Below, piece by piece: positions 50,398-62,888 of a DNA stretch of 64,000 bases. Below the pieces are notes generated by a model. It was not told the origin of the DNA, made no database searches, and was given only the letters and a program-made list of their open reading frames with translations. The translations under genes and the position numbers were made by a program. This stretch comes from Octopus vulgaris (taxonomy: Eukaryota): assembly GCA_951406725.2 (NCBI GenBank), contig OX597817.1, positions 59,582,001-59,646,000 of the forward strand, written 5' to 3'. Every line of letters starts with the position of its first letter. Position 1 is the first letter of the stretch.

Positions 50398-52577
50398 GTA
50401 AGATTGTTCAGCTGCATTGAACATTTATTTACGTGAATCATGCATTCAATAAAGGTGGTAGGCTGTGGGTTGGAAGAGGCAGAAGAATGCCTGACTAAAT
50501 AAATACTTTACAATATTTAGTTGAATTCCTCTGCATTGTGGATAGAAATCCCCAGGACCAATAAGATAAATACTGGTAATCTATTGACAACAGTTCAATT
50601 AACCATATCCACTTATCTGTAAAAATTTACTTTATATCTTGTTAAAAGGAATCAATAATTTTTGTGAACTTGTATTTGATGATATTTAAATAAAACAATT
50701 TTGAGAATTTGTTGACTAAGGTGGGATAACTTGTTTTATGGAGCTAATTATTGCACTTTAACCTAAACAAAATAAAAACCAAACACATTAACAGATATTT
50801 TTACTTTCACAGTATTTTGCTCCAATTTCATACATATCAAATCTGAATATTGTCTTAATACAGTTCAATAAACATTTAATTGGTCAGTTCTGTGAATCAT
50901 TCATTTTCAAGAATTTAAGCTAAATGTTAATCTCTCTAAATTGTTCCTATTTCACACTCTAAGGAAATCTGCTTTCATTTATCAGTTACCTAGTTTGATG
51001 CCTGGACATATTAAATCCACCCCAATTCCAGCAGCACATATTCCAGAGAAAAAAAGGTTTCTTACTGTATTAAAGTAATATTGGTCAAAATTTACAATTA
51101 GGACAAAGACATTTTTTGTGGGGAAAAAAGTGTTTTATATTCTATCAAATAGAGTAAATAAAAAGAAACTGAACTCAGACAGTTTGTCTTTCTTTGCCCT
51201 GTGTGGTGAATGTTGCTTGGCTGACATTTTTTTTTTCCTTACTATAATTTAATTCTTGTTTCCTGAATCTTAGTTTCCTCTTAAGTTTGGAGCCTGGTAA
51301 GGAATTTGATCTTGAGACTCTCATGTTCAAACTAAAACAATCACAACATTGGCAGGCACAGATCAGCTATTCAAAAAAACACAAAGACTGTTAACTTTAT
51401 TCAGACACTCATCATTTGATGTCAGAATTCTTGTCACTCTTTCTGTGGCCTGGTCACAGTGTTGTAGTGAAACCACATCAGTAACCAGGTTGCAGCTGAT
51501 GCAATGGAAATTTGGACAACAAATAATAAATGTGTAAGTGAACTTAATAGTCTTTGTGTGTTTAAATCGTGAATATGTATCTCCCATGCTGTAATTGATA
51601 TTTCAGTTTTATTCTGCTGATGTAGTTTGTCCCATAAAACAAAAGATACGTTTTACAAGTCTCCAAGTTGCTTTCAGTTCCTGTATCTAGTTATTCCTTT
51701 CACTTGTTATTAGTCCTGAGATTCTGGTCTAACTAAAGAAGGCAATAGGAAAACCATTCAAATGGACTTTCCCATAGCATGCTGTGTCCAAAAACAGATA
51801 TTCTCATTTTAAAGTTGGGCTCTTCTATTTATCTTCACTTGGAAGTACTTGTCTAAAACATTGTATCTGTATTTCCTTGTATCTTGGGAGGGTCATTTTG
51901 CCTATAATAAACACACACACACACACACACACTGATTCTGTTTCACTTTTATTATTGTTAGTCAATTGGTTAATAATTTTTACCAAATAACTAATTAACT
52001 GATTCTTTTATTAATTGTTCTATTAATCACTGAATCAGGTTTGTCAAAGCCCTTTTACCACCTTTTGTGACCTCATCAATGACATGCCCACTTTTAGTTA
52101 GCATAATGACCCTCCTAACAATCAGCAAAATCTGTTGCAATGAATCCTGTTCACATCAAAAACCTTGCAAATACAAAAACGAAATTTTATTTCAACCTGA
52201 GATGATTAAAAATTTAATTCATGTAAAAAGCACTGGTGATGGTGCCACATAAAAAACCCCTTAGTACCTTCTGTAAAGTGGTTGGCATCCAGCTGTAGAA
52301 ACCATGCTAAAACAGACAATGGAACCTGGTAAAGCTCCTGATCTTCTCAACTCTGGTCAAACCATCCAACAGATGCCAGTATGGAAAATGGACATTAAAG
52401 AATAATGATGGCAACAACGATCCAACCACTGCTCAGATTAACACAGCTACCTAGTTTGACAGGTATTTTTTACTCCATTACCATTACCAGCATTTTGACA
52501 AAATCCTTTTTTCATCCTTCATACACCTTGTCATGAAGTAAAGATTCCTTGTTATTTAATTCTTCTTATTTCTTTAG

Positions 52578-52662
52578 ATCATTATGAAACACTACCATCA
52601 GGAGCTTGAGAAACTTCGATGGATCCATGAACAGGAAATTGCAGAAATTAAACATAACCTAA
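52578..52662 (+). CDS. ZMYND8: ZMYND8 coiled-coil exon
   Basis: IIMKHYHQELEKLRWIHEQEIAEIKHNL (compare human [20 protein letters not shown]). tttag / TAA|GTAAGT. Confidence 0.94.
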
Positions 52663-52856
52663 GTAAGTAGAAATTAATTTATTCCAGTTTTAATGTCTAG
52701 CATTAATTCCATGTACTAATTGTGCATATATATATATAGATAGATGGATATTATGTATTTATGTATATGAGAAATCATTACTATTATTATTATTATTATT
52801 ATGTGTGTGTGTTTTCTAAATGTAATTGTTGAGTGAATCTGTTTTTGTTTCCTCAG

Positions 52857-52981
52857 ATCTGACTGTGGCAGAGATACGAGCAAGTTGGGAAAATGAGAAA
52901 GAACGTTTTGCTTCCTCGATCAGAGAACAATGTGATATTGAAAAGATGAAATCCATTGAGGAAACAAAGAAGAAACAATGG
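52857..52981 (+). CDS. ZMYND8: ZMYND8 coiled-coil exon
   Basis: (N)LTVAEIRASWENEKERFASSIREQCDIEKMKSIEETKKKQW. cctcag / TGG|GTATGC. Confidence 0.96.
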
Positions 52982-54105
52982 GTATGCTTAGCCTTGCTTT
53001 TGTCCCATTCACTTCTTTTATACGTTTTCACTGCATGAAAGCAACAGATGGTCGAGTCCATATGGTGCTAGACAACCAGTCAAAGAATTGCTAAATTACC
53101 TCCTGTCATTGGTGTTATTGTGCTGTATCTGTCATAACATTTAATTCTCAGCATCCTGATTAATCTAGGCAAGTAAAACATTAATTAAAATAGCCGTCTG
53201 TGTATCATTCTTGACGTGTATACACCATTGATAGGCCAATTACTGTGTTATTTGTCCTGAGATAACATCGTTTATGGATTTGCTGCATTAAAAGCAATAA
53301 ATATTGGAGAGATACAAAAAACTGGCCCAGCAGCAGCAGCCAGTAAGAATGACAGAGCCTTTCGGTCCTTTTAGGGCAATTTCATTGATGTGTACCCACA
53401 GCCAGTCACACGCCAGGACAAAACTGTTTCTTGTATCAACAGACAATGAAGTCATTCAGGCATGAAGCTGGCTGCAAGTACATCATGGAAAAGGCTCAAA
53501 AAGGCTTCAGTTCCTTTGAATGCATCCCCAGCTAACATCCCAATGCACTCTTTTAAATGCAAACACATGCCTGCACCCTCCTCCTCCTCCTTATCATCAT
53601 TATTATTATTATTAAGACTGCGCTGGCAGAATCATTAGCACATTGGACAAAATGCATTGAATGCAAAGAACCAGAAAAAAGAATTCTGAGTTCTAATTCT
53701 GCTGAGGTCAGCTTTTGCCTTTCAACCTTTCGGGGTTGATAAAATAAGTACCAGTGAAACACTGGGGCCAATGTAATCGACTACTCTCCTCCCCACAAAT
53801 TTCAAGCCTTGTGCCTTTAGTGGAAATGATGATGATCATCATCAATATTGTTGTTGTTGCTATTATTATTAAGGTGAGCTAACAGAATTGTTAGCGTACT
53901 GGGCAAAAAGCTTAGCGGTATTTCATCTGTCTTCGCATTCTGAGTTCAAATTCAGCTGAGGCCGACTTTGCTTTTCATCCTTTCGGGGTCGATGAAATAA
54001 GCACCAGTTGAGTACTACAGTTGATGTAATCGTCTGTCCTCCTCCTAACCAAATTTCAAGTCTTGTACCTGTTGTAGAAAGGATTATTATTATTATTATT
54101 ATTAT

Positions 54106-54659
54106 TGAGTGAGAGAGCAGTGCATGCCATCAAAGTGACACTGGGGTAAAATATACGAAGCCCAATATACCCATCATGACTACCCGTCTGATAAGGGTAC
54201 ACTAGGCACATGCATCACAACCATATGTGCACGACATGGTGATCTCATATCAAGATAAACAGCACATGATCTTGCAGGTGGGGCCCAATTAGAATTTTCT
54301 TCAGGTCGAGTAACCCATCCCAATCGAAAGGTCCCTGAATAAGGGTTGTTTAAGGATGTTGAACGAAACACCCATGTTTCCAGAGGTGAATTATTCAAAC
54401 CCCAAAGAATCCCTCTCAACACACAGCTATGATGCTCCCCCACTACTTCTGCTCGTGATCAGAGATGCACATATCATCAGCCGCTAAGGGACATGCTGAA
54501 CTGGTTATGGTCAAACAACTGACAAGCAAATCTGTGGTATTGAGCAGAATATTTGCTGTAGCCCATTTTTTATACCAAGACTAAACAATGTACATGATAA
54601 CACTTCCAATCAGTTAAGATCAGAAGCCATGAGAGCCACTGCCTGGTACTGCATCAGGC

Positions 54660-54662
<3 letters not shown>
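54106..54662. mobile_element. ~555-bp repeat within (ATT)n, copy 2
   Basis: Matches 15494-16040 end to end. Confidence 0.85.
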
Positions 54663-54690
<28 letters not shown>

Positions 54691-54718
54691 TATAGTGTTC
54701 TTTGTTCTTTGTGTTTAG

Positions 54719-55141
54719 TGTGCCAACTGCAGTAAAGAAGCCCTGCTGTATTGCTGCTGGAACACCAGTTACTGTGATTACCAATGCCAGGCCAACCACT
54801 GGCCTCAGCACATGAACAGCTGTACGCAACAACTGTCTCAGACAACCAGTTCAACGGTGCAGCCCACAGCGACCCATACATTGCCTTCCACTCCATCTGC
54901 ATCGGCCACAACGGCCACAGTATCGGCAGCAGCAGCAGCGTTATCGACAACAACAACACCAACAACCACGCTTTCTGGTACATTGATGACGGGAAACCCA
55001 CAGAATATGATTGTCCTCAATGATGCCTTACCCAACACGACGAGCACAACTGCGCCGATTGTCATCTCCACCATGCGACAACAACCTGTAACAGCTGCAG
55101 CGCAACAACTGCCAGAGATTCGATCTGTTGAGACGCTGAAT
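54719..55141 (+). CDS. ZMYND8: ZMYND8 MYND finger exon plus T/A-rich tail
   Basis: [35 protein letters not shown]...VETLN. gtttag / AAT|GTGAGT, 423 nt. Confidence 0.96.
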
Positions 55142-55688
55142 GTGAGTAAACACTTGTCTAATTCTTTGTTAGCAAAAATAATCTCTAACAATTGCAGTGT
55201 CTTAAAAGACATAAGCTAACCATTTAGAAACACTCAAGGACTATCAAAATTTATCAGTTTTTGTATGTTTCTGAACAGTTTACTTATGTCTTCCACTCTG
55301 CAAATCACTTGACTTTCCTCATTTGATCTCAGATCAGGACACTTGCTGTGCAAGTACACCTCTACAATAATCAATAGGCTTGATAGAATCATGATGAGAG
55401 AATTAGGGTTAAATGAGGATTTTTAATTTTTTTAAATATCAAGAATGGAATGTAGTTTTTGTAATGTTATCAGGACTTCCTCCAAGACTGGTGGATACAA
55501 GGGAGGGAGTTATTGTTGGACACAAGACCTGGTCTGAATTCTTGCAACAAAGAGGAACCCTGCTATGTTTAAATCCTTCCATGGGCCTTGTGAAACCATG
55601 GAAGAACAACTCCAGAGAAATATCTACAGCTGGATCTCTTTTCTAATGCCAACCACTTAGAAGAGTGTACTGGGTGCTTTTTATGTCA

Positions 55689-55726
<38 letters not shown>

Positions 55727-56142
55727 CGGGAAGCTTTATGAAAATAGACAAAAGACGAAGGCAGGTGGGAAACAAACAAACAATTGTATTAGTATGGCGC
55801 TCAGGAAATATAAATAAAACAATATATATATATATATATATATCAATTATTATCTTTATCATTCTCATCATCATATTTAATGTCGACTTTCTATGCTGGC
55901 ATGGGTTGGATGGTTTGACCGGAGCTGAATGCAGGAGACTTCAGTGACCATGCTGGCTTGGAAAGCAGATGGTGGCGGTCGCGGTGTGCGCGTGTGCATG
56001 AATGATTAAGGCCTTTGTAAAACATGGTCAATCTCTTATTAACAAGCATATAAGTTTTGTGGAAATCTTTACCTAAACACATATAAAAGGATAATTAAAC
56101 TTCTTCATTAATTATCTAATTATTTGTTTTGTTATCTTGTAG

Positions 56143-56346
56143 ACAACAGTGTCGGGCAAACCAACTGGAAGAGTGTCTGGTATGTTGCAGCAAATCATTA
56201 AAAAAGAAGATAATCGCTCTAAAATGATCAACTTACAGCCTGCTTCCAATCCGGTGCCAGGCACCACACAGATACAGTTCCTTCCAACATCTCTGCCACA
56301 ACCAGTTACAGGTTCTATACAAGTGTTACCGGCACCTTCAACACAG
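56143..56346 (+). CDS. ZMYND8: ZMYND8 C-terminal exon
   Basis: TTVSGKPTGRVSGMLQQIIKKE...VLPAPSTQ. cttgtag / CAG|GTAAAA, 204 nt. Confidence 0.85.
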
Positions 56347-58826
56347 GTAAAAATGCTAAGTTCTTCTTTATTGTGAAAGCTGTGTGGCAGAATCAGTAAG
56401 CCCTCAGGTACTGATTTAAGACATTTGCAGTTCAAATTCCATTAGCTCCTCCTTAGCTCTAAGACTCTATCTAATGGCTCTTATCCCACTGGAGCTAAAC
56501 AAGATACAAGCATGATGATAGGTGAGGCATAGATGTGTGGATTAGAACTTTGGTTCATGGTTACATTATTTTTGGCTCAATTCCACTGCATGGTTCATTC
56601 GTTGTTTAACATCCACTTTCCAGTCTGGCATGGGTTGGATGGTTTGATTGAAAACTTGTAAGCCACGGAGCTGCACCAGGTTCCAATCTGATTTGGCAAG
56701 GTTTCTGTGGCTTGATTCCCTTCCTAACACCAACCACTCTGCAAGTGAAGTGTGTACTTTTTATGTGCCACTGACCTGACACCAGCATCGGCCACAACTA
56801 GTCTCACAGGTCTACACAAGTACAGTATATCGCCAAGGGTTTTGGTTACCTGTTACTGCCTCCAAGCTTGAGCAGATGTCTTCTGCTATAGTGCTGGGGT
56901 GATTAATACCTTATGAGGGTAACTTGGTAGTTTGAAAACTGTACAGAAGCCTGTTGTATGTTCATCATCATCATCATAATGTCCACTTTTGCAGGCTTGG
57001 TTCGTCTGGCAGGTTTTCATTGAAGCAGAATTTCCACAGCCAAATACATTTGTTGATGCCAACCCTCACCTGTTTGTAAGCGGGTTAATATTTCTCTTGG
57101 TCTATTAAACAGCAATCAGCTTGGAGATGCTTTCTTGGAGGACTTGAAACAAAATGACATGGTTGATATGAATGGTGAATCTTCACTTCCAATTACTGCA
57201 TAAATGTCAAGACAAGGGAATTCAAAGTTACACTTCTGCACATACACACACAATTTCTGTGTGTGTGTGTGTGGTCATTTTTTGCCATTTCCACTTGCCA
57301 AGTTTCATTCACAAGGTATTGGTCAGCCTCTTACTGTAGTAGAAGCTGCCAGCCAACTTTAGCTATGATGTGGGGTCAAACCTCCAGAGCGTGTTTCCAA
57401 AGTGAACTTCTTAACCACACACCCATGCTTGCTCTGTCTCTCTCACACACACACACACACAAGCAAAGACATAAATAATGGGCTTTGTACATTTATTTGT
57501 GCATTATAGTCTTACCTTCTGTTTCTGGTCATTGTTGTATGCATATGGAACTACGTCACCTGTTTCTGGCCATCAGCCTTAAGCTGTTGTTGAATAGTAT
57601 TAACATCCCATATAGAAATTTGATATCCAACAGTTTTGTTTGTGTCAGTGGCTGGCCCTTGATAATCATCATCATCATCATCACCATTTAACGTTTGCTT
57701 TCCATGCTAGCATGGGTTGAACGATTTGACTGAGGTCTGGCGAACCAGACTCCAATGTGATCTGGCAGAGTTTCTACAGCTGGATACCCTTCCTAACGTC
57801 AACCACTCTGAGAGTGTAGTGGGTGCTTTTACATGCCACCAGCACGAGGGCCAGTTTGGTGGTACTGGCAACGGCCACACTCAAATGGTGCTTTTTATGT
57901 GCCACCTGCACAGGAGCCAGTCCAGCAGCACTGGCATTTTACAATATTTTGGACTTGATGCTGTGGAAGATGTTTGGATATACAAACGAAAAGCAGCTTG
58001 GTTTTTTTCTAATTATTTTAAATGTAAAGTATCAAAATATGTCTAATTAGTTTTGGGAATTCACATAATTACAGGGCATTTATGTGTGTGATCACATGTC
58101 TTCACATTAATACTGTTTATGCAATGGTGACATCTGTTCTTGTCTCCCATTAGCAACAAGCCTCACAGCTCAGTAACTCAACGTACAAAGAATAACGTAT
58201 CTTACTTGGAAATAAAAACACAAGTGAGGTTTGGTATGAAAAAAGTCATCTGAGTGAAGAAAGACTTGTCCAACCCTTGCTAGCATGGAAAAAGCAGACA
58301 AAACTATGCTAAAATAATACAATGGCTTACTATTGTAAACAGTGGAATTGAAAGGTTTTCTTGGAGTTGATTTTTAATCCTAGGCTAACCCTGATTTACT
58401 TAAGCTTATGATTCAAGGGTGTTCTGAGACCATGTTGCTTTCTTTTGTCTTTTTTCTTCATCATGATCTGATACATTGTCTCATGTTATCTTCGTTATCT
58501 TTATTTTCTAATACAGAAGAATATAATTTCAGGAATTTCAGCCTGATATCCAGTTGAGCAAACCTTGTAGAAGCTTCTTTGTTGTCTTTGATTTTCTTTC
58601 TAAATGCTCTGATTATTATTGGTATTACTGCTGCCGCTGCTACTACCACTGCTACTACTAACATAAGGTACAAGGTGAAAATTTGGGTGGGGAAAGTTTT
58701 CGTTCATTGAATCAACCCAAATACTTAAAAGGACCAGTTAGGTGGAGGAGTTGATGGAACTGAAGCAATGGTTCCACCAAAAGAAATCAATCAAATTGTA
58801 GCCTTGCACCTATATCAGAAACCACC

Positions 58827-58841
<15 letters not shown>

Positions 58842-58860
<19 letters not shown>

Positions 58861-59145
58861 TCATCGTTTAGCGTCCGTTTTCCATGCTAGCATGGGTTGG
58901 ACGGTTCTACTGGGGTCTGTGAAGCCAGAAGGCTTCATCAGGCCCAGTCAAATCTGGCAGTGTTTCTACGGCTGGATGCCCTTCCTAACGCCAACCACTC
59001 CGTGAGTGTAGTGGGTGCTTTTTACGTGCCACCCGCACTGGTGCCAGACAGAGCTGGCAAACGGCCACGAACGGATGGTGCTTTTTATGTGCCACCGGCA
59101 CGAGGGCCAGGCGAGGCTGGCAACGGACACGAAACGGGGCGGTGC
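58842..59145 (-). mobile_element. RTE-type 3' tail element
   Basis: (CAT)n tail, ccatgctagcatgg and internal repeats. Confidence 0.83.
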
Positions 59146-60400
59146 TCATCTTTATTATAACTCAAGTTTTGTTGGAACTGCTGGAGGCTTGCATATGTAG
59201 TAGGCTTACTACCTGCAATACCATGCTATCTGTTCTTTTCTATTATCTTAATACTTTCCTGATTATTCTGGCTGTGCCAAAGAGGCAAACCTTTTACAAC
59301 AGTTCTTCTTGGTACCCTATTACAATTACCTTTATATTCCTCTTGATGCCTTCTGATACTGTCTCCATTTCTGTAATTTTTTTCTTTTTTTTTTAATGAA
59401 TAAATCTCGCTAAATCTCCCCCTTCCCCCCCCCCCCCAATTTCATCTGTTGGTTATAATCCAAGTTTTCTTTCAGCCTGAGCGTGACAAAGACAAAGTGT
59501 GAAGTATGAGCTACGTTAAGCAAACATAAATATTGTATGAGTGACGTACTGCATAGTATATCATCAACACTTATAGTAACCTCTTGTAGTACACCACTGA
59601 ACCCTATAACACTGATCCGTGAATACTTGGAACAAGCGGCACTAGTTTATTGAACACAATGCAACCTGTTATTATACATTGACCCATTCCATAACCATGA
59701 CATCTTGTTATGAGCATTCTTCAAGCACACTTTAGCATTTAATAAGGATTTATTCAATACAGATTCCAATTATAAACTCTTTGTCTTATAAAAGGAAGAA
59801 GGACACGTAGGGTAATGTCATCCTAGATACACTATGCCTGGAAAAAGGTTGGAGTACTTTTGGATCCTGGATCTGCTCGGTCAGGACTGATCTGGGTCTG
59901 AAGAACAATCACAGTGATCTCCTTTGACCTTTTGCTCTCTAATACAACACAGTATTGATACACGCACTGAGTCAGGGCCTCCTGCTGAAATAGCAGTCGA
60001 ACCCCACCCCACTGGAATCACATCCCCTGATAGCCTTACAAAAGAAAGGACATATTGAATGATGTATGCCTGAAAAAGTCAGGATGGTCATTGCTGGAAC
60101 GTCTTTGATCTTAAGTCTGCTTGATAGAGCTAACACAAGGTTAAACAGCAACAACAAACTCACTCCATTTATCAATCCTTCATTTCCATTTAACGTCCAC
60201 TTTTCCATGCTTTCATGGATCAGATGGAACTTGTTGAAGCACACTGTTTACAGTCAGATGCTCTTCCTGTTGCCAACCCTTACCTATTTCCAAGGAAGGT
60301 AATATTTCCCCAACAGGCTTGCTTGTATGATGATGATGCTTGTTTACAACAATCACACAATATCAGGACAAGGATACACACACACATGACAAGATATATG

Positions 60401-60434
<34 letters not shown>

Positions 60435-61190
60435 TAATAATAATATGAGGGAATATTATTCCAAACTTACAGGGAAAAATTCAGTTTAGAAATACTACAT
60501 CAAATTTCGCAATATATATATTCAGGAGGTTCTGTCCACCAAGTCCACTCACACTGTAGAAGACATTTGCCCAAAGACTCGTATAGTAGGGTTGAACCGG
60601 AAATCGTGTGGTTAGTAAGCAAGTGTCTTAACGAGACATATAAATAAAGCTCACATGCACATACTTATCAGTATATATACCATTAAAATAAATATCGTGA
60701 CAAAGTCTATGTAGTTATATACGAAAGTTCTCATACAAGACTCAAAATTTATAACAAGTGAAAGATTCTAATTTCTCAGACTTTTGACCTCATTTTGCAC
60801 AGATAAATGCTTTTAATGTTTACACCTAGACTAACTTTACAATCAGTTTGATCTCTGACCAAAACATACCTTATGTGATGCGTCACCAATTTCAGCATCA
60901 TATATTCAGGGAAAAAAAAATGTTTTTAGTGTATTAAAGCATGTAAAACAGAGACAACTTGGTGAACAGGATCTGAGGCAATTTTTGTGACATTCTTAGA
61001 GGTAAATAAAAAACCCACCTGCCACCAGATAGAGTAAAGTAAATGTAAATAGAGACAATTTGAAATGAAAATGGTCTTAGAGACAACCAAGCCTTCACAT
61101 AGAAAGAAACAAGCATACCAGTGTTGCTGTAATTGCTTTTGATTTGTGTCTGAATATCTATAATGCTGATCCTTGCCATTCTACTTTCAG

Positions 61191-61298
61191 TTACTCACCA
61201 GAAATCCCATCTTATCACCCAGCCACCAGCTACAGCTTCAATATATGCAATCACCACAACAAATTCAAACTTACGCTGCCACTTCCGGACAAGCACCA
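61191..61298 (+). CDS. ZMYND8: ZMYND8 Q-rich C-terminal exon
   Basis: LLTRNPILSPSHQLQLQYMQSPQQIQTYAATSGQAP. ctttcag acceptor. The donor CCA|GTCAGT was chosen for phase 0 and is less certain. Confidence 0.72.
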
Positions 61299-61635
61299 GT
61301 CAGTAACATTACCATTGTCATCATTTTCATCGTCATTGTCATCATTTTCATCGTCATCATAGCCGTATTGTCAATGCTTTGTCTAGCACCATTTTCTCTC
61401 AATGCTTTGTCTCTCTCTCTCTCTTTGTCTATGTGTGTATAAGATAATGGTATATATAGTTAGCAGTAAATATTTGTAGACAAGAATTTCACAGTGTAAA
61501 ATAACAATGAATTCCATCGATATGCTTTGCATTATCCCTTACTAACAAAATTTGTTGATCAGATAAAAACCAAGTAAATAAGACGTAAATTGTACTTTAC
61601 TATTATCAGCCCAACTTGCTAACAACTTCACATTT

Positions 61636-62021
61636 CGTGACGCTCCATTGGTTACAACGACGAGGGTCCCAGCTGATCCAATCAACGGAACAGCCTGCTC
61701 GTGAAATTAGCGTGCGAGTGGCTGAGTAATCCACAGACACGTGTACCCTTAACGTAGTTCTCAGCGGGGAGATTCAGCATGACACAGAGTGTGACAAGGC
61801 TGGCCCCTTCGAAATACAGGTACAACAGAAACAGTAAAAAAAGAGTGAGTGAATGCTGTGGTGAAAGAGTACAGCAGGGTTCGCTACTCCCTCCTGCTGG
61901 AGCCTCATGGAGCTTTAGGCGTTTCCACTCAATAAACACTCACAACGCCTGGTCTGGGAATCGAAACCATGATCCTATGACCATGAGTCTGCTGCCCTAA
62001 CCACTGGGCCATTGCACCTCC
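61636..62021 (-). mobile_element. Family C SINE, full length, with 14-bp TSD
   Basis: ACAACTTCACATTT at 61622-61635 and 62022-62035. tRNA-like head ggaggtgcaatggcccagtggttagg. Confidence 0.9.
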
Positions 62022-62621
62022 ACAACTTCACATTTACCTGGTAGATAAACAACAGATGATTTGATTTCTGTCACTAGTTCTGTATTTTTTCACTTCTAAG
62101 TCATTTACAAATGTTTACTAATTAACATGTATGTATGCTTATGTTTGTGACACTCACACACACACACACACACACCTTGATCATCTACTGCAGAAGACCA
62201 CTAAAGATCACAGTGTTCAGATTCATAGACAGAAGCATGAAACTATTGTATGGATATAACAACAGTTACTAAATGCACTTTGTGTGTGTGTGTGTGTATG
62301 TGAGTAAGCTGCAGGGAGCCTGGTTAAATGTTTCTTGTAAAACACCAAAATACTCATTATGAACTTGTTAAATTGTGTTGTATAGCATTTTATATATGTG
62401 TGTGTGTGTGTATATATTTGTGTAGTACCTGTAGTTATTTTTGTACCAGAGTTTCACAGAAGTATCCAGGTGTTTAGACACAATTATCTCCAAATAACTT
62501 TTTGCAGGTTTATTATTACATCTAACATATGATTAAAACTGTATTATTAAAAATGCAGCAATGGCCATGAAATATATATATGTATACACGCACACACATT
62601 TTTTTCTCCTTTATATTTCAG

Positions 62622-62888
62622 GTAAGAATGCAAGCAGTCCAACTTCAGAGCACGGCCATTCCTTCAACACTTCAGTCACAGACATTTCCCAGCATCATGG
62701 CAACGTCTCAGTCAGTCAGCTCACCAACCACAAAGATAAACACAATATCGGCACCAACAGTTGCACCTAGCGGCACCAAAAACCTCAAAGTGAACACCTC
62801 CAACAATATCATAATTCCTTCAGGACCATTTATACTCACAAAAGCTTCTCAGGGTCATCTTCAGCTGAACGCGACAAAACAGATGTAA
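62622..62888 (+). CDS. ZMYND8: ZMYND8 terminal coding exon
   Basis: VRMQAVQLQSTAIP...HLQLNATKQM*. tttcag acceptor after a pyrimidine tract, with composition like the preceding exons. Confidence 0.78.
   Translation, partial: VRMQAVQLQSTAIPSTLQSQTFPSIMATSQSVSSPTTKINTISAPTVAPSGTKNLKVNTSNNIIIPSGPFILTKASQGHLQLNATKQM

Larger units (their letters stand above)
14769..62888 (+). other. ZMYND8: ZMYND8/PRKCBP1/RACK7 ortholog, multi-exon gene span (22 exons; the 5' end may extend upstream)
   Basis: Manually spliced GT-AG exons keep one open frame to TAA at 62886-62888. Domain order is PHD-BRD-ZnF-PWWP ... coiled coil-MYND. Diagnostic peptides match vertebrate ZMYND8 as I recall it: [61 protein letters not shown]. 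The N-terminal TRSKD and TRSKAM segments favour ZMYND8 over ZMYND11. Confidence 0.93.

Noticed and set aside
59476-59502. Possible alternative terminal exon PERDKDKV* after ttctttcag
   Set aside because: Supported only by an acceptor-like motif and too short to distinguish from chance.
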